IMG/VR virus record: IMGVR_UViG_3300018405_000021
Span: 1-60,165 of that record
Strand: one strand, 5' to 3'
Length of the DNA: 60,165 nt
Origin: a virus
Taxonomy: Duplodnaviria; Caudoviricetes
Made by a program: the position numbers and the translations under genes. This document shows, in pieces, positions 8,874-16,778 of this stretch (position 1 is the first letter of the stretch; every line of letters begins with the position of its first letter). Below the pieces are notes generated by a model. That model was not told the origin of the DNA, searched no databases, and saw nothing but the letters and a program-made list of their open reading frames with translations.

Positions 8874-9191
8874 TCAGCCATCGCCATCGCCATCGCCATC
8901 GCCAGAGCCAGAGCCATAGCCAGAGCCAGAGCCATAGCCAGAGCCAGAGCCATAGCCAGAGCCATCGCCAGAGCCATCGCCATCGCCATTGCCATTGCCA
9001 TTGCCATTGCCATCGCCATCGCCAGAGCCAGAGCCATAGCCAGAGCCAGAGCCATAGCCAGAGCCATCGCCATCGCCATAGCCAGAGCCAGAGCCAGAGC
9101 CATAGCCAGAGCCATAGCCATCGCCATAGCCAGAGCCAGAGCCATAGCCAGAGCCAGAGCCATCGCTAATAGGCTTATTGAGCATCGACAT
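8874..9191 (-). CDS. Gly-X dipeptide-repeat protein, 105 aa
   Basis: GAAGGAG RBS before ATG 9191; MSMLNKPIS followed by 48 x [D/S/Y/N]G and TGA. Confidence 0.7.
   Translation of the reverse strand: MSMLNKPISDGSGSGYGSGSGYGDGYGSGYGSGSGSGYGDGDGSGYGSGSGYGSGSGDGDGNGNGNGNGDGDGSGDGSGYGSGSGYGSGSGYGSGSGDGDGDGDG
8877..9164 (-). repeat. Hexanucleotide tandem repeat, 48 units (GAT/TCT/TAT/AAT + GGC)
   Basis: Directly visible, 288 nt; all Gly codons are GGC. Confidence 0.97.
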
Positions 9192-9612
9192 GCGGTGCTC
9201 CTTCGATGCTCTTGATTGCGTCGTCCGTGGCCGGAATAATTTCGATAGCTTCAAGCCATACGCTTGAGACGGGCGCGGTGATTTTGCTGACCTTCTGGTC
9301 AACGCCGAAGTTAGCGACGGCGCTGAGAGAAATGGACTTCGCGGCTTTCCAGTACCACAGACGGCGCGCATCGGTGATGATGATCTCGTTGCCATCCTTT
9401 TCGGCCACCGTGCCGAACCACACACCAGCGGAATACGTGCGAATGATCGCCTTCTTTCCGATGAAGTGAGCGTCGATACACGACGGATGATTGCTGCCCG
9501 GGGACTGAGCCGCTTCACCGCCCACAGCAGCATCGGTCGAGTATGTTGCATTCATGATCGATGCAAGCTGTCGTGCTTGCCCGATGGTGAGATCGTTGAT
9601 GTTGATAGTCAT
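9175..9612 (-). CDS. DUF6948-like protein, first gene of the leftward operon
   Basis: IIRTYSAGVWFG...DARRLWYWKA...SLSAVA...EAIEIIP. Confidence 0.75.
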   Translation of the reverse strand: MTININDLTIGQARQLASIMNATYSTDAAVGGEAAQSPGSNHPSCIDAHFIGKKAIIRTYSAGVWFGTVAEKDGNEIIITDARRLWYWKAAKSISLSAVANFGVDQKVSKITAPVSSVWLEAIEIIPATDDAIKSIEGAPHVDAQ

Positions 9613-9690
9613 TGTTTTCCCTCTATTCCTGTTGCCAACTCCCCGCTTGCGAACTTTGGCGAACCAGCGCTTGGCGGTGTTGATGAATTG

Positions 9691-9731
9691 AACGTACAAG
9701 GGAAAAATTCCATTTGCAAGGGATTAATTCC
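9691..9731 (-). promoter_or_regulatory. Leftward early promoter with two operator-like boxes
   Basis: GGAATTAATCCC-TTGCAA-AT-GGAATTTTTCCC-TTG-TACGTT (17-nt spacer). Confidence 0.65.
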
Positions 9732-9775
9732 GAATTTCTGTTGATTTTTAGGGACGCCTCCCGTAGTGATGCGGC

Positions 9776-10198
9776 ATGACGATAATCGATGCCAATGAGA
9801 GACTGACGGGGAAACGGAAATCTTTCGATGGGAAAGGTTCATCCCTTTTCCCTGAAAGATGGATGAGGACCGTAGACGAGCGAAGGGGCCAGGTGAACGA
9901 ATGGCGATACATCGCGATGCAAGTCATAACCAGAAACGGCGGAGGTTTCAGGATCATGGCGATCATAGACGCGGTTTTTGATATGTCGTCGTGCCAGATC
10001 ATTTCTACTGATGAAGAAATGGCTATTGAGGCTGGAGGGTGCAGCGTCAAGACGATATCGCGTGACATACGGGCCATGAAAGATATGGGGCTAATAATTG
10101 CCGAGGAGACGTGGATAGAAAAAAACGGGAAGATGGTCAAAGGCAGAAAAATCAGACTTTCGATACCGTCCGACTTGAGTGGGATTTTTATTAGATGA
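9776..10198 (+). CDS. Winged-HTH DNA-binding protein (replication-initiator N-terminus-like)
   Basis: STDEEMAIEAGGCSVKTISRDIRAMKDMGLI. Confidence 0.65.
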   Translation: MTIIDANERLTGKRKSFDGKGSSLFPERWMRTVDERRGQVNEWRYIAMQVITRNGGGFRIMAIIDAVFDMSSCQIISTDEEMAIEAGGCSVKTISRDIRAMKDMGLIIAEETWIEKNGKMVKGRKIRLSIPSDLSGIFIR

Positions 10199-10374
10199 TT
10201 TTCTCTAGAGCAAAAAACTTAGAGTATCCACAAGCCGTGATGATGGCGATGAGTACGAAGTATGGTTACGGCGGCGGCGAAGCCGTAGCTATGGGTCAAG
10301 GGACGAAGTTCCTTGCGGGGTATGGGGTGGAACCCCATGAAGTATATACGCCGCGCGCGCGCACGCGTAAGGAC

Positions 10375-10435
10375 GGACAACGTATGTCCATATGAATTGG
10401 AAAATCATATGGACAACGTATGTCCATACGAATTG
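10375..10435. repeat. Two 25-nt direct repeats with internal palindrome (iteron/operator-like)
   Basis: GGACAACGTATGTCCATA(T/C)GAATTG at 10375 and 10411, 24/25 identical. Confidence 0.85.
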
Positions 10436-10446
10436 ATGATTTCGGA

Positions 10447-10487
10447 GGGAATTTACCCTTGACAAGTGAGGAATTTATCCCGATGGT
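10447..10487 (+). promoter_or_regulatory. Rightward early promoter with two operator-like boxes
   Basis: GGGAATTTACCC-TTGACA-AGTGA-GGAATTTATCCC-GATGGT, ATG 6 nt downstream. Confidence 0.6.
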
Positions 10488-10493
10488 AGGTGC

Positions 10494-10745
10494 ATGATGA
10501 CAGACAAGAAAATCATAACCGAGATTGAAATCAGGCGTTCTCTGATCGATAGGGCAGAGGCGTATCGCAAGGCTGCGAAGACAAGCTTTTCAGCCATGTC
10601 GATAGCGGCTGTTAACGACAGCAAGTTTCTCAGCCGAGTTGAGAACCAAGATGTTGGGTTCAACATCAAGACGTTCCAGCGCATGGTTGAGTGGCTTGAC
10701 AAAGCAGAGGCCGGTATGGCCGTGACAAAATCGATGGAAGAATAA
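10494..10745 (+). CDS. Cro-like transcriptional regulator
   Basis: LIDRAEAY...SAMSIAAVNDSKFLSRV...FNIKTFQRMVEWL; first gene of the rightward operon. Confidence 0.7.
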   Translation: MMTDKKIITEIEIRRSLIDRAEAYRKAAKTSFSAMSIAAVNDSKFLSRVENQDVGFNIKTFQRMVEWLDKAEAGMAVTKSMEE

Positions 10746-10748
10746 TCC

Positions 10749-10844
10749 ATGACCATTTTCATCGCGTTATCATCCGCCACGCTCGGCGCATGCTTTGGGT
10801 TTGTGATCGCTGTTGCGCTCCTTGGGGATCGCAATGACGACTGA
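10749..10844 (+). CDS. Small hydrophobic protein, 31 aa
   Basis: MTIFIALSSATLGACFGFVIAVALLGDRNDD. Confidence 0.45.
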   Translation: MTIFIALSSATLGACFGFVIAVALLGDRNDD

Positions 10845-11121
10845 GAAGCATGAAATTGAAGCCATGAAGTGCCAGTATTTGGAAGCTGGCGGAGAAATTC
10901 GAGTTTTCCCAGTCGGCATGTCAGCCACGGTTCACGGCATCGAATATGCGCTGCTGAGTATCGGCTACCGGGTGAAGAAATATCAGGGCCGCATGACGAT
11001 ATGGAAGGATGGCGGTGAACAACCCGCCATCAAGGTCAGGCGGAAAGGTTTCGCATATGCTGCTGACAAGATTTTTGCGGCACATGGGATGAGAACGGTA
11101 GGGGCGCGTGACGAACAATGA
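10834..11121 (+). CDS. Hypothetical protein
   Basis: ATG at 10834; operon packing. Confidence 0.6.
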   Translation: MTTEKHEIEAMKCQYLEAGGEIRVFPVGMSATVHGIEYALLSIGYRVKKYQGRMTIWKDGGEQPAIKVRRKGFAYAADKIFAAHGMRTVGARDEQ

Positions 11122-11231
11122 TGATGGTTATGATTTTCGTTTCTGGCGCTGTTTTCGCCACCGTAGGCATGTGTTTCGTCGCCGCCGTCGCTAAGGCCAG
11201 ATCGGGCCACCGTGACGATCTGCATCGTTAA
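11118..11231 (+). CDS. Small hydrophobic protein, 37 aa
   Basis: ATGA overlap; MMMVMIFVSGAVFATVGMCFVAAVAK. Confidence 0.45.
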   Translation: MMMVMIFVSGAVFATVGMCFVAAVAKARSGHRDDLHR

Positions 11232-11246
11232 TTTCGGGAGAATGGA

Positions 11247-11549
11247 ATGGAATGGAACCACGATATCACCGCCGCCCCGCGCGGGAAAATGGTGAAGAAA
11301 ACCAGTCATGTCCCGACCAAGACGGGAAAGAAAGAAATGGAAGTCGAGACGTTCGTTCGTGACAACATCCTGGCGGTGCACCCGGAAGGGCTTGTGTCGC
11401 AATCGTAATGGATACCGCCGATCTACACGAAGTCAGGCGAAGTTCTCGAAGGCGACCGATGGTCCGGTTTCAACCGTGGAACCGATCCGATCGCATGGGC
11501 ACCGTGGCCTACCTATGACGTAAAAGAGGCGGGTAATGGCGGCACATGA
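11247..11549 (+). pseudogene. Phage hypothetical protein with an internal TAA at 11406
   Basis: MEWNHDITAAPRG...VSQS*WIPP...RWSGF...PIAWAPWP continues in frame past the stop. Confidence 0.65.
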
Positions 11550-11691
11550 CAACCGGCTTCGAAGCACTAACGGCGTCTCCTATCTTCGTTGTCCTCACTG
11601 CCGACGCGCATTGACCGCTGGGGAAATTATCGAAAAACACTGCGACGAATGCGACGTGTCTATAACGCCGGAGACGGCAAGGGAGAACTGA
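11536..11691 (+). CDS. Small Zn-finger protein, 51 aa
   Basis: CPHC...CDEC. Confidence 0.55.
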   Translation: MAAHDNRLRSTNGVSYLRCPHCRRALTAGEIIEKHCDECDVSITPETAREN

Positions 11692-11695
11692 AATA

Positions 11696-12787
11696 ATGGC
11701 TAAAATCGAAAAACTCACGCCTGGGCAGGAAGCATATCTCCCGATCTTCCGGGAGGAATGGCTTCAAGTTGGCCTTTCGACCGAACGCGTTGACCGTGAC
11801 CGCGCCACCAAGGCCGTAAAGGCTCTGTATGCCGCCGCTGGTGAGGAAGAGCCATCCGTTATGCACTTCGATAGCCCATGGCAGTGCATCATGGCGATCA
11901 ATTTCTTTCGGCGTTTCAAGGCTGGCGCGGCGATTGAGGCCAACCTCAGGGACAACCTCGGTGCCAACCTCAGGGACAACCTCGGTGCCAACCTCGGGGA
12001 CAACCTCGGGGCCAACCTCGGGGCCAACCTCAGGGACAACCTCTGGGACAACCTCGGGGCCAACCTCAGGGACAACCTCTGGGACAACCTCGGGGCCAAC
12101 CTCAGGGCCAACCTCAGGGACAACCTCTGGGACAACCTCTGGGACAATGCCAAATTCGTAGGTACTTATTTCTGGGGAGGGCAGGACGCATACTGGGTGG
12201 CTTTCTACAAGTTCGGCCAGCATATTGGCGTGCCGTATCAAAAGCAGGATCACCTTGACGCCTACGTCGAGTTTTCGAAGTCATGCGGATGGATGTACGC
12301 GTACAAGGGTATTGCCTTTGTCAGTGACCGCCCGACGATCATCAAGAAAGATGATGAGGCGCGCCTTCACAATGAGACCGGCCCATCTCTGGCATTTGCC
12401 GATGGCTACGAAATGTATTCGTGGCATGGCGTCACTATCCCGGCTGAATGGATCAACGATAAATCCGGCATCACGCCTAAGATCGCGTTGACTTGGGAAA
12501 ACCTTGAGCAGCGTCGAGTGGCTATTGAGATCGTCGGATGGGCCAAGATCCTGCGAGAACTCGACGCCAAAGTGATTGACGCTGACGGAGATCCGCAGAT
12601 CGGAACGTTGGTTGAAGTCAAGCTTCCTGACCTTGACGTTCCGGCTCGCTTCTCTCGCGTCCAATGCGGGACAGGGCGAGAATTCGCCGTTGGCGTTCCA
12701 CCAACCATCAAAACAGCCATGGAGGCGCAGGCGTGGATGAGCGGCCTTGAACTCCATGAATTTGTCAAACCTGAGGTCAGGACATGA
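11696..12787 (+). CDS. DUF6745-like protein with internal tetrapeptide repeats
   Basis: LTPGQEA...GLST...FDSP, SCGW...SDRP...LHNETGPSLAFADG...WHGV...NLEQRRVAIEIVGW. Confidence 0.8.
   Translation: MAKIEKLTPGQEAYLPIFREEWLQVGLSTERVDRDRATKAVKALYAAAGEEEPSVMHFDSPWQCIMAINFFRRFKAGAAIEANLRDNLGANLRDNLGANLGDNLGANLGANLRDNLWDNLGANLRDNLWDNLGANLRANLRDNLWDNLWDNAKFVGTYFWGGQDAYWVAFYKFGQHIGVPYQKQDHLDAYVEFSKSCGWMYAYKGIAFVSDRPTIIKKDDEARLHNETGPSLAFADGYEMYSWHGVTIPAEWINDKSGITPKIALTWENLEQRRVAIEIVGWAKILRELDAKVIDADGDPQIGTLVEVKLPDLDVPARFSRVQCGTGREFAVGVPPTIKTAMEAQAWMSGLELHEFVKPEVRT
11939..12142 (+). repeat. 12-nt tandem repeat, 17 units encoding [A/D]NL[R/G/W]
   Basis: Directly visible; consensus G(A/C)C AAC CTC (A/G/T)GG. 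Confidence 0.95.
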
Positions 12788-13287
12788 GGCCACTTGATTT
12801 GATGGGGCGACAATTTGGAAGGTTGTCTGTTGTTGGGATGTCTGAACCCAAATGTGACGGGGCAAGGTGGTGGAGATGCCAGTGCGAATGCGGGACTGAA
12901 AAAGAAGCCCGTGGTGCAGATCTGAAGCGTGGATTTGTTCAAAGCTGCGGTTGCTGGAGAGAAGAAATGCCGAAGACGAGGGCAACTCACGGCGCTTCTG
13001 GCACGCGCCTTTACCGTATTTGGCAAGCAATGAAAGACCGTACCGGAAATAGCAAGGCAAGTCGATACGCATACTACGGCGGCAGAGGGATATGCCTTTG
13101 CGACGAGTGGAGTGACTTTGAGACATTTCAGAAGTGGTCCCTTGAGAATGGGTACGCGGAAGACTTGTCAATCGACCGCATCAATAACAACGGAAACTAC
13201 GATCCTGGGAACTGTCGTTGGACAACACAAAAGGTCCAAGCTGGGAACAGGCGTTCAAGATCAGAAATGAAAGGACGACAGGCATGA
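12784..13287 (+). CDS. Free-standing HNH homing endonuclease
   Basis: FGRLSV...CQCECG...SCGC...RLYRIWQAMKDR...YGGRGI...SIDRINNNGNYDPGNCRW. Confidence 0.9.
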   Translation: MRPLDLMGRQFGRLSVVGMSEPKCDGARWWRCQCECGTEKEARGADLKRGFVQSCGCWREEMPKTRATHGASGTRLYRIWQAMKDRTGNSKASRYAYYGGRGICLCDEWSDFETFQKWSLENGYAEDLSIDRINNNGNYDPGNCRWTTQKVQAGNRRSRSEMKGRQA

Positions 13288-13637
13288 AGACGTTCTCAAT
13301 ATCAGCAGCTCAGGGTGAGATTTCTATTCGAAAGATTTCTGAGATCCCCTCGCACGTTCAGCCTCTAGAAAAGGAACGCGGCAAGTGGATCATCGGGAAG
13401 TCAGAAACGCACCATGATCATGTTCTCATTGCTGAGGAACCACGTGTTTTTATCAGCACAAAAACGCCCGATGGCATGCGTATTCTCTACGCCAACCTTG
13501 AGGCAGCCGCTGAGCTTGTTCACGAGCGTGGTCACGACACGCACGAAACGATTTCGTTCGAACCCGGCATCTACGAGTTCCGTATCGGTCGCGAGTACGA
13601 CCCTTACGCTGAACTCGCGCGCCAGCAGATGGACTGA
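13284..13637 (+). CDS. Hypothetical protein, probable partner of the DUF6745-like protein
   Basis: AQGEISIR...SETHHDH...HETISFEPGIYEFRIGREYDP. Confidence 0.7.
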   Translation: MKTFSISAAQGEISIRKISEIPSHVQPLEKERGKWIIGKSETHHDHVLIAEEPRVFISTKTPDGMRILYANLEAAAELVHERGHDTHETISFEPGIYEFRIGREYDPYAELARQQMD

Positions 13638-13673
13638 CCAACGCCGAACGGCTCATCAGAAAAGGAACCAAGA

Positions 13674-14213
13674 ATGACGACTATCGGAGACAACAGCGAA
13701 AAGGCCGCGCGTGACCGCAGGGTATTGTTCGGCTATTACCACCGTATCGACCGCGACCTAGCGGCGAAGGTTCGCGAACTGAACGAGCAGAAAAAGTCGA
13801 ACCGCCAGAACGCAAAGGCGTCGGGTTTCCCGGCCCAGAAACTTGACCACTACCTGAAATCGTTCATGGCGGAAGACACGCAAAAGCCGGTGGACAAGCA
13901 TTTGAGCGAGGCCGAAAACCTTCAATGGCTTGGCCTCATCCCGGATACCCGTGGCGGAGATTTGCTCAAGCAGGCGGATCGCGTCGATCACGAAGGCATG
14001 GTACGCGCCAAAGGCTTCCATGCTGGCCTGAATGGCCTTGACCGCGTGTCTGGATATGACGCTGGCAGTTCCGACGATAAAATCTGGCTGGAAAGCTTCG
14101 ACGCTGGCAAGTCGGAATACGATACGAACATTCCCGACATTCTCGCCCGTATCGATGATGCGGCGAACAAGGAAGAGGCCAGCGCTTCCGAGTACGGTCA
14201 AGACCCGTTCTGA
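13674..14213 (+). CDS. Hypothetical protein, weakly GapR/DUF2312-like N-terminus
   Basis: IGDNS start, coiled coil, AKASGF. Confidence 0.55.
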   Translation: MTTIGDNSEKAARDRRVLFGYYHRIDRDLAAKVRELNEQKKSNRQNAKASGFPAQKLDHYLKSFMAEDTQKPVDKHLSEAENLQWLGLIPDTRGGDLLKQADRVDHEGMVRAKGFHAGLNGLDRVSGYDAGSSDDKIWLESFDAGKSEYDTNIPDILARIDDAANKEEASASEYGQDPF

Positions 14214-14269
14214 CATGAATAGCGGCGCTAGCTATTTCGCTGGCGCTGCAACTCTCCGAGGGAAGCGAC

Positions 14270-14593
14270 ATGCTGAAAATCACATGCCCGACATGCGGGC
14301 ATCACATGGGCCATGTGCCTGAACCTGCGAAGGTGAGGGGAGGGCTTTCGCCACAAGAGGCGCTTTTGTTTGATGCGCTCTTATCGGGCGGCGAGCCGGG
14401 GCTGTCCTATCAGAAAATGGGCGTCGTTCTTCACGGTCCGTTCGGTGGGGACAGACGCAACACCGTCACCGCTCACACAGTTTTCCGGCGCATGAAAGCC
14501 AAGATTGAACCGTTCGGCTATTTCATAAAAGCGCACAAAAACGGCACCCGTGAAAACTTCTACTCCATCATTCCCGCCGAGTATCCATCATGA
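14270..14593 (+). CDS. Winged-HTH protein with N-terminal CxxC
   Basis: CPTCG...LSPQEALLFDALL...TVFRRMKAKIEPFG. Confidence 0.6.
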   Translation: MLKITCPTCGHHMGHVPEPAKVRGGLSPQEALLFDALLSGGEPGLSYQKMGVVLHGPFGGDRRNTVTAHTVFRRMKAKIEPFGYFIKAHKNGTRENFYSIIPAEYPS

Positions 14594-15387
14594 AGCTACC
14601 AAGATATTACCCCGGCGCGACCAATGGTCGGTTGAAACTGATTTCCGAGGATCGCGGACAATGGCTTTGCGAATGCTCATGCGGGAAAGACGCATATGTC
14701 GCGGAGGGTGATCTTTCGGAGGCGCGCTCTTGCGGCTGTATTGTCGTTCTAGGGCTCGATCTCGCGTCCAACAGTGGCTGGGCCGTTCGATATAGCTGGC
14801 GCTCGCCAGCGGCGATAAAATGCGGCGTATTTAACGTTTCAGAGGATGATGACGGCAATGATGTGGGATGGGAGACGAAGTACGCGATTACCGCTAACAT
14901 GGTCTACCGGCTCATCAAAGAACACCAGCCTGATTTCGTATGCATCGAAGAGCCGCAACACCGCGTTGCAGAGTTCGCCAAGGTCAAGGTAAACCCCCAG
15001 ACCGGCAGAACTGAAATGACGAAGACGATTAACCCAGCCGCGTTGCAGCTTACCGGGATCGCCGCCGCCGCCATCGGGGTTTGTATGAACATGAAAGTCC
15101 CGTGCGGCACGATCAGCGCCACGTCATGGCACTCGAAATACCACGGCAAAGGCAACAAGCCTGAACCTGGGAAGGACTGGAAAGACGTGGCTATCAAGTC
15201 GTGCGAGCGGGAGAAAATCGTCCTGCCTACGCGCAAGAAAGACAAAAAGGACGCTGCGGAAGCAGTATGCATTTCGGCCTGCTGGCATTGGTGCAACGTG
15301 CTGGAAATCGGATGGATGCAAAAGCGTTTCATGTCGTTGCGCACGGGCGCGGCGAAGGAGCTGGCGAGACGGAAGGCTATAGAATGA
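14590..15387 (+). CDS. RuvC-like Holliday junction resolvase with N-terminal Cys-rich module
   Basis: VLGLDLASNSGWA, PDFVCIEEP, DAAEAVCI; N-terminal GRL...WLCECSCG...SCGC. Confidence 0.7.
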   Translation: MKLPRYYPGATNGRLKLISEDRGQWLCECSCGKDAYVAEGDLSEARSCGCIVVLGLDLASNSGWAVRYSWRSPAAIKCGVFNVSEDDDGNDVGWETKYAITANMVYRLIKEHQPDFVCIEEPQHRVAEFAKVKVNPQTGRTEMTKTINPAALQLTGIAAAAIGVCMNMKVPCGTISATSWHSKYHGKGNKPEPGKDWKDVAIKSCEREKIVLPTRKKDKKDAAEAVCISACWHWCNVLEIGWMQKRFMSLRTGAAKELARRKAIE

Positions 15388-16778
15388 CAACGGACGCATA
15401 TCAGTTATTTCTTGAGAAAAAGAAGATCAACGACCCAATGACGGGCATTTCCCAAGAGCTTGAACTTCGGAATGTTCTTAAGCCCCATCAATGCGATATT
15501 GTGAAATGGGCATTGAAGAGAGGACGTGCTGCTATCTTCGCAGGCACGGGTCTTGGCAAGACGCTTATGGAATTATCATGGGCAGAAAAAGTCAACGCCC
15601 ATACAGGCAAGCCAGTTATCCTTTTCGCCCCTCTTGCCGTCGCGGAGCAGCATATGTCAGAAGCTGAGAAGTTCGGCATTCGCGCCAAGCTTGTTTCGTT
15701 TCACCCAGACGAGGGCATCGGCGTCACCAACTATCAAAAGATGGATCATTTTGACCTATCCAAGTTCGGCGGGGCAGTTCTTGATGAAAGCTCCATCCTC
15801 AAAAGCACTGACGGGAAATATAGGACGCGATTGATCAATGAGTGCGCGTCTATTCCTTTTCGTCTTGCTGCTACGGCTACGCCAGCCCCGAATGACTTTA
15901 TGGAACTCGGGAACCATGCGGAATTTCTAAGCGTCATGTCATACACCGATATGCTGGCAACGTTCTTTACCCATGACGGCGGCGACACACAAAAATGGCG
16001 TCTGAAAGGGCACGCTGAAACTGAGTTTTGGAAGTGGATGGCGTCGTGGTCTGTCATGCTACGCAATCCTTCTGATCTTGGATATCCGAACGATGGGTAC
16101 GACCTGCCACCACTGAATTACGTTCAACACACGGTCAGCGTTGACTACGCACCGAGCATGGACACCGGGCTTCTATTCCCAATGGAGGCTAGGACTTTGC
16201 AAGAGCGCATATCTGCCCGTAGGGATAGCGTGGATGAGCGCGTTGCGTTGGCGGCATCCATCACCCCAAAAGATCGCCCATTCGTGTGGTGGTGCAATCT
16301 CAACAGTGAGGCGGATGCGTTGTCGAAGGCAATACATGGGGCAGTGAATTTACAGGGGTCTGACAAAGATGATGACAAGCGCCGAAAGCTGGTTGATTTT
16401 TCAGAAGGACGCACTCGGGTCATGATCACAAAGCCATCTATCGCTGGATTTGGCATGAATTGGCAACATTGCGCAGATACAGGATTTGTCGGCCTTAACG
16501 ACAGTTTCGAACAAGTATATCAGGCCGTGCGCCGCTTCTGGCGGTTTGGGCAGACTAAGCCGGTCAACGTCCACTTCATCGCGTCAGAAATGGAAGGCGC
16601 AACCGTGGCGAACATCAGGCGCAAGGAGGCCGACGCGGATCGAATGGCCGCTTCCATGGTGATGCACATGGCCGATCTTTCTAGCGCAGAGATACGCGGT
16701 TCCGTTCGCGACAAACCAGACTATAACCCAACCATTCCGATGATAATGCCCAAATGGGTAGGGGAGAATGCCGCATGA
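15384..16778 (+). CDS. SF2 (SNF2-like) helicase
   Basis: AGTGLGKT, LDESS, ATATPAPND, QAVRRFWRFGQ. Confidence 0.9.
   Translation: MTTDAYQLFLEKKKINDPMTGISQELELRNVLKPHQCDIVKWALKRGRAAIFAGTGLGKTLMELSWAEKVNAHTGKPVILFAPLAVAEQHMSEAEKFGIRAKLVSFHPDEGIGVTNYQKMDHFDLSKFGGAVLDESSILKSTDGKYRTRLINECASIPFRLAATATPAPNDFMELGNHAEFLSVMSYTDMLATFFTHDGGDTQKWRLKGHAETEFWKWMASWSVMLRNPSDLGYPNDGYDLPPLNYVQHTVSVDYAPSMDTGLLFPMEARTLQERISARRDSVDERVALAASITPKDRPFVWWCNLNSEADALSKAIHGAVNLQGSDKDDDKRRKLVDFSEGRTRVMITKPSIAGFGMNWQHCADTGFVGLNDSFEQVYQAVRRFWRFGQTKPVNVHFIASEMEGATVANIRRKEADADRMAASMVMHMADLSSAEIRGSVRDKPDYNPTIPMIMPKWVGENAA

Noticed and set aside
8792-9169. HSQSQS and MALALA ORFs over the hexamer repeat
   Set aside because: Open only because the repeat lacks stops; the GX frame has the RBS and correct operon orientation.
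11406-11408. Stop-codon reassignment
   Set aside because: Single case; TAA, TAG and TGA all terminate genes normally elsewhere in the genome.
11660-12253. PEVG, SQRL and TSGT repeat ORFs, or a CRISPR-like array
   Set aside because: Alternative frames of the 12-nt coding repeat; there are no unique spacers and no cas genes.
12784-13287. Gene-end duplication around the first HNH
   Set aside because: No duplicated peptide found on either side; it looks like a clean intergenic insertion.
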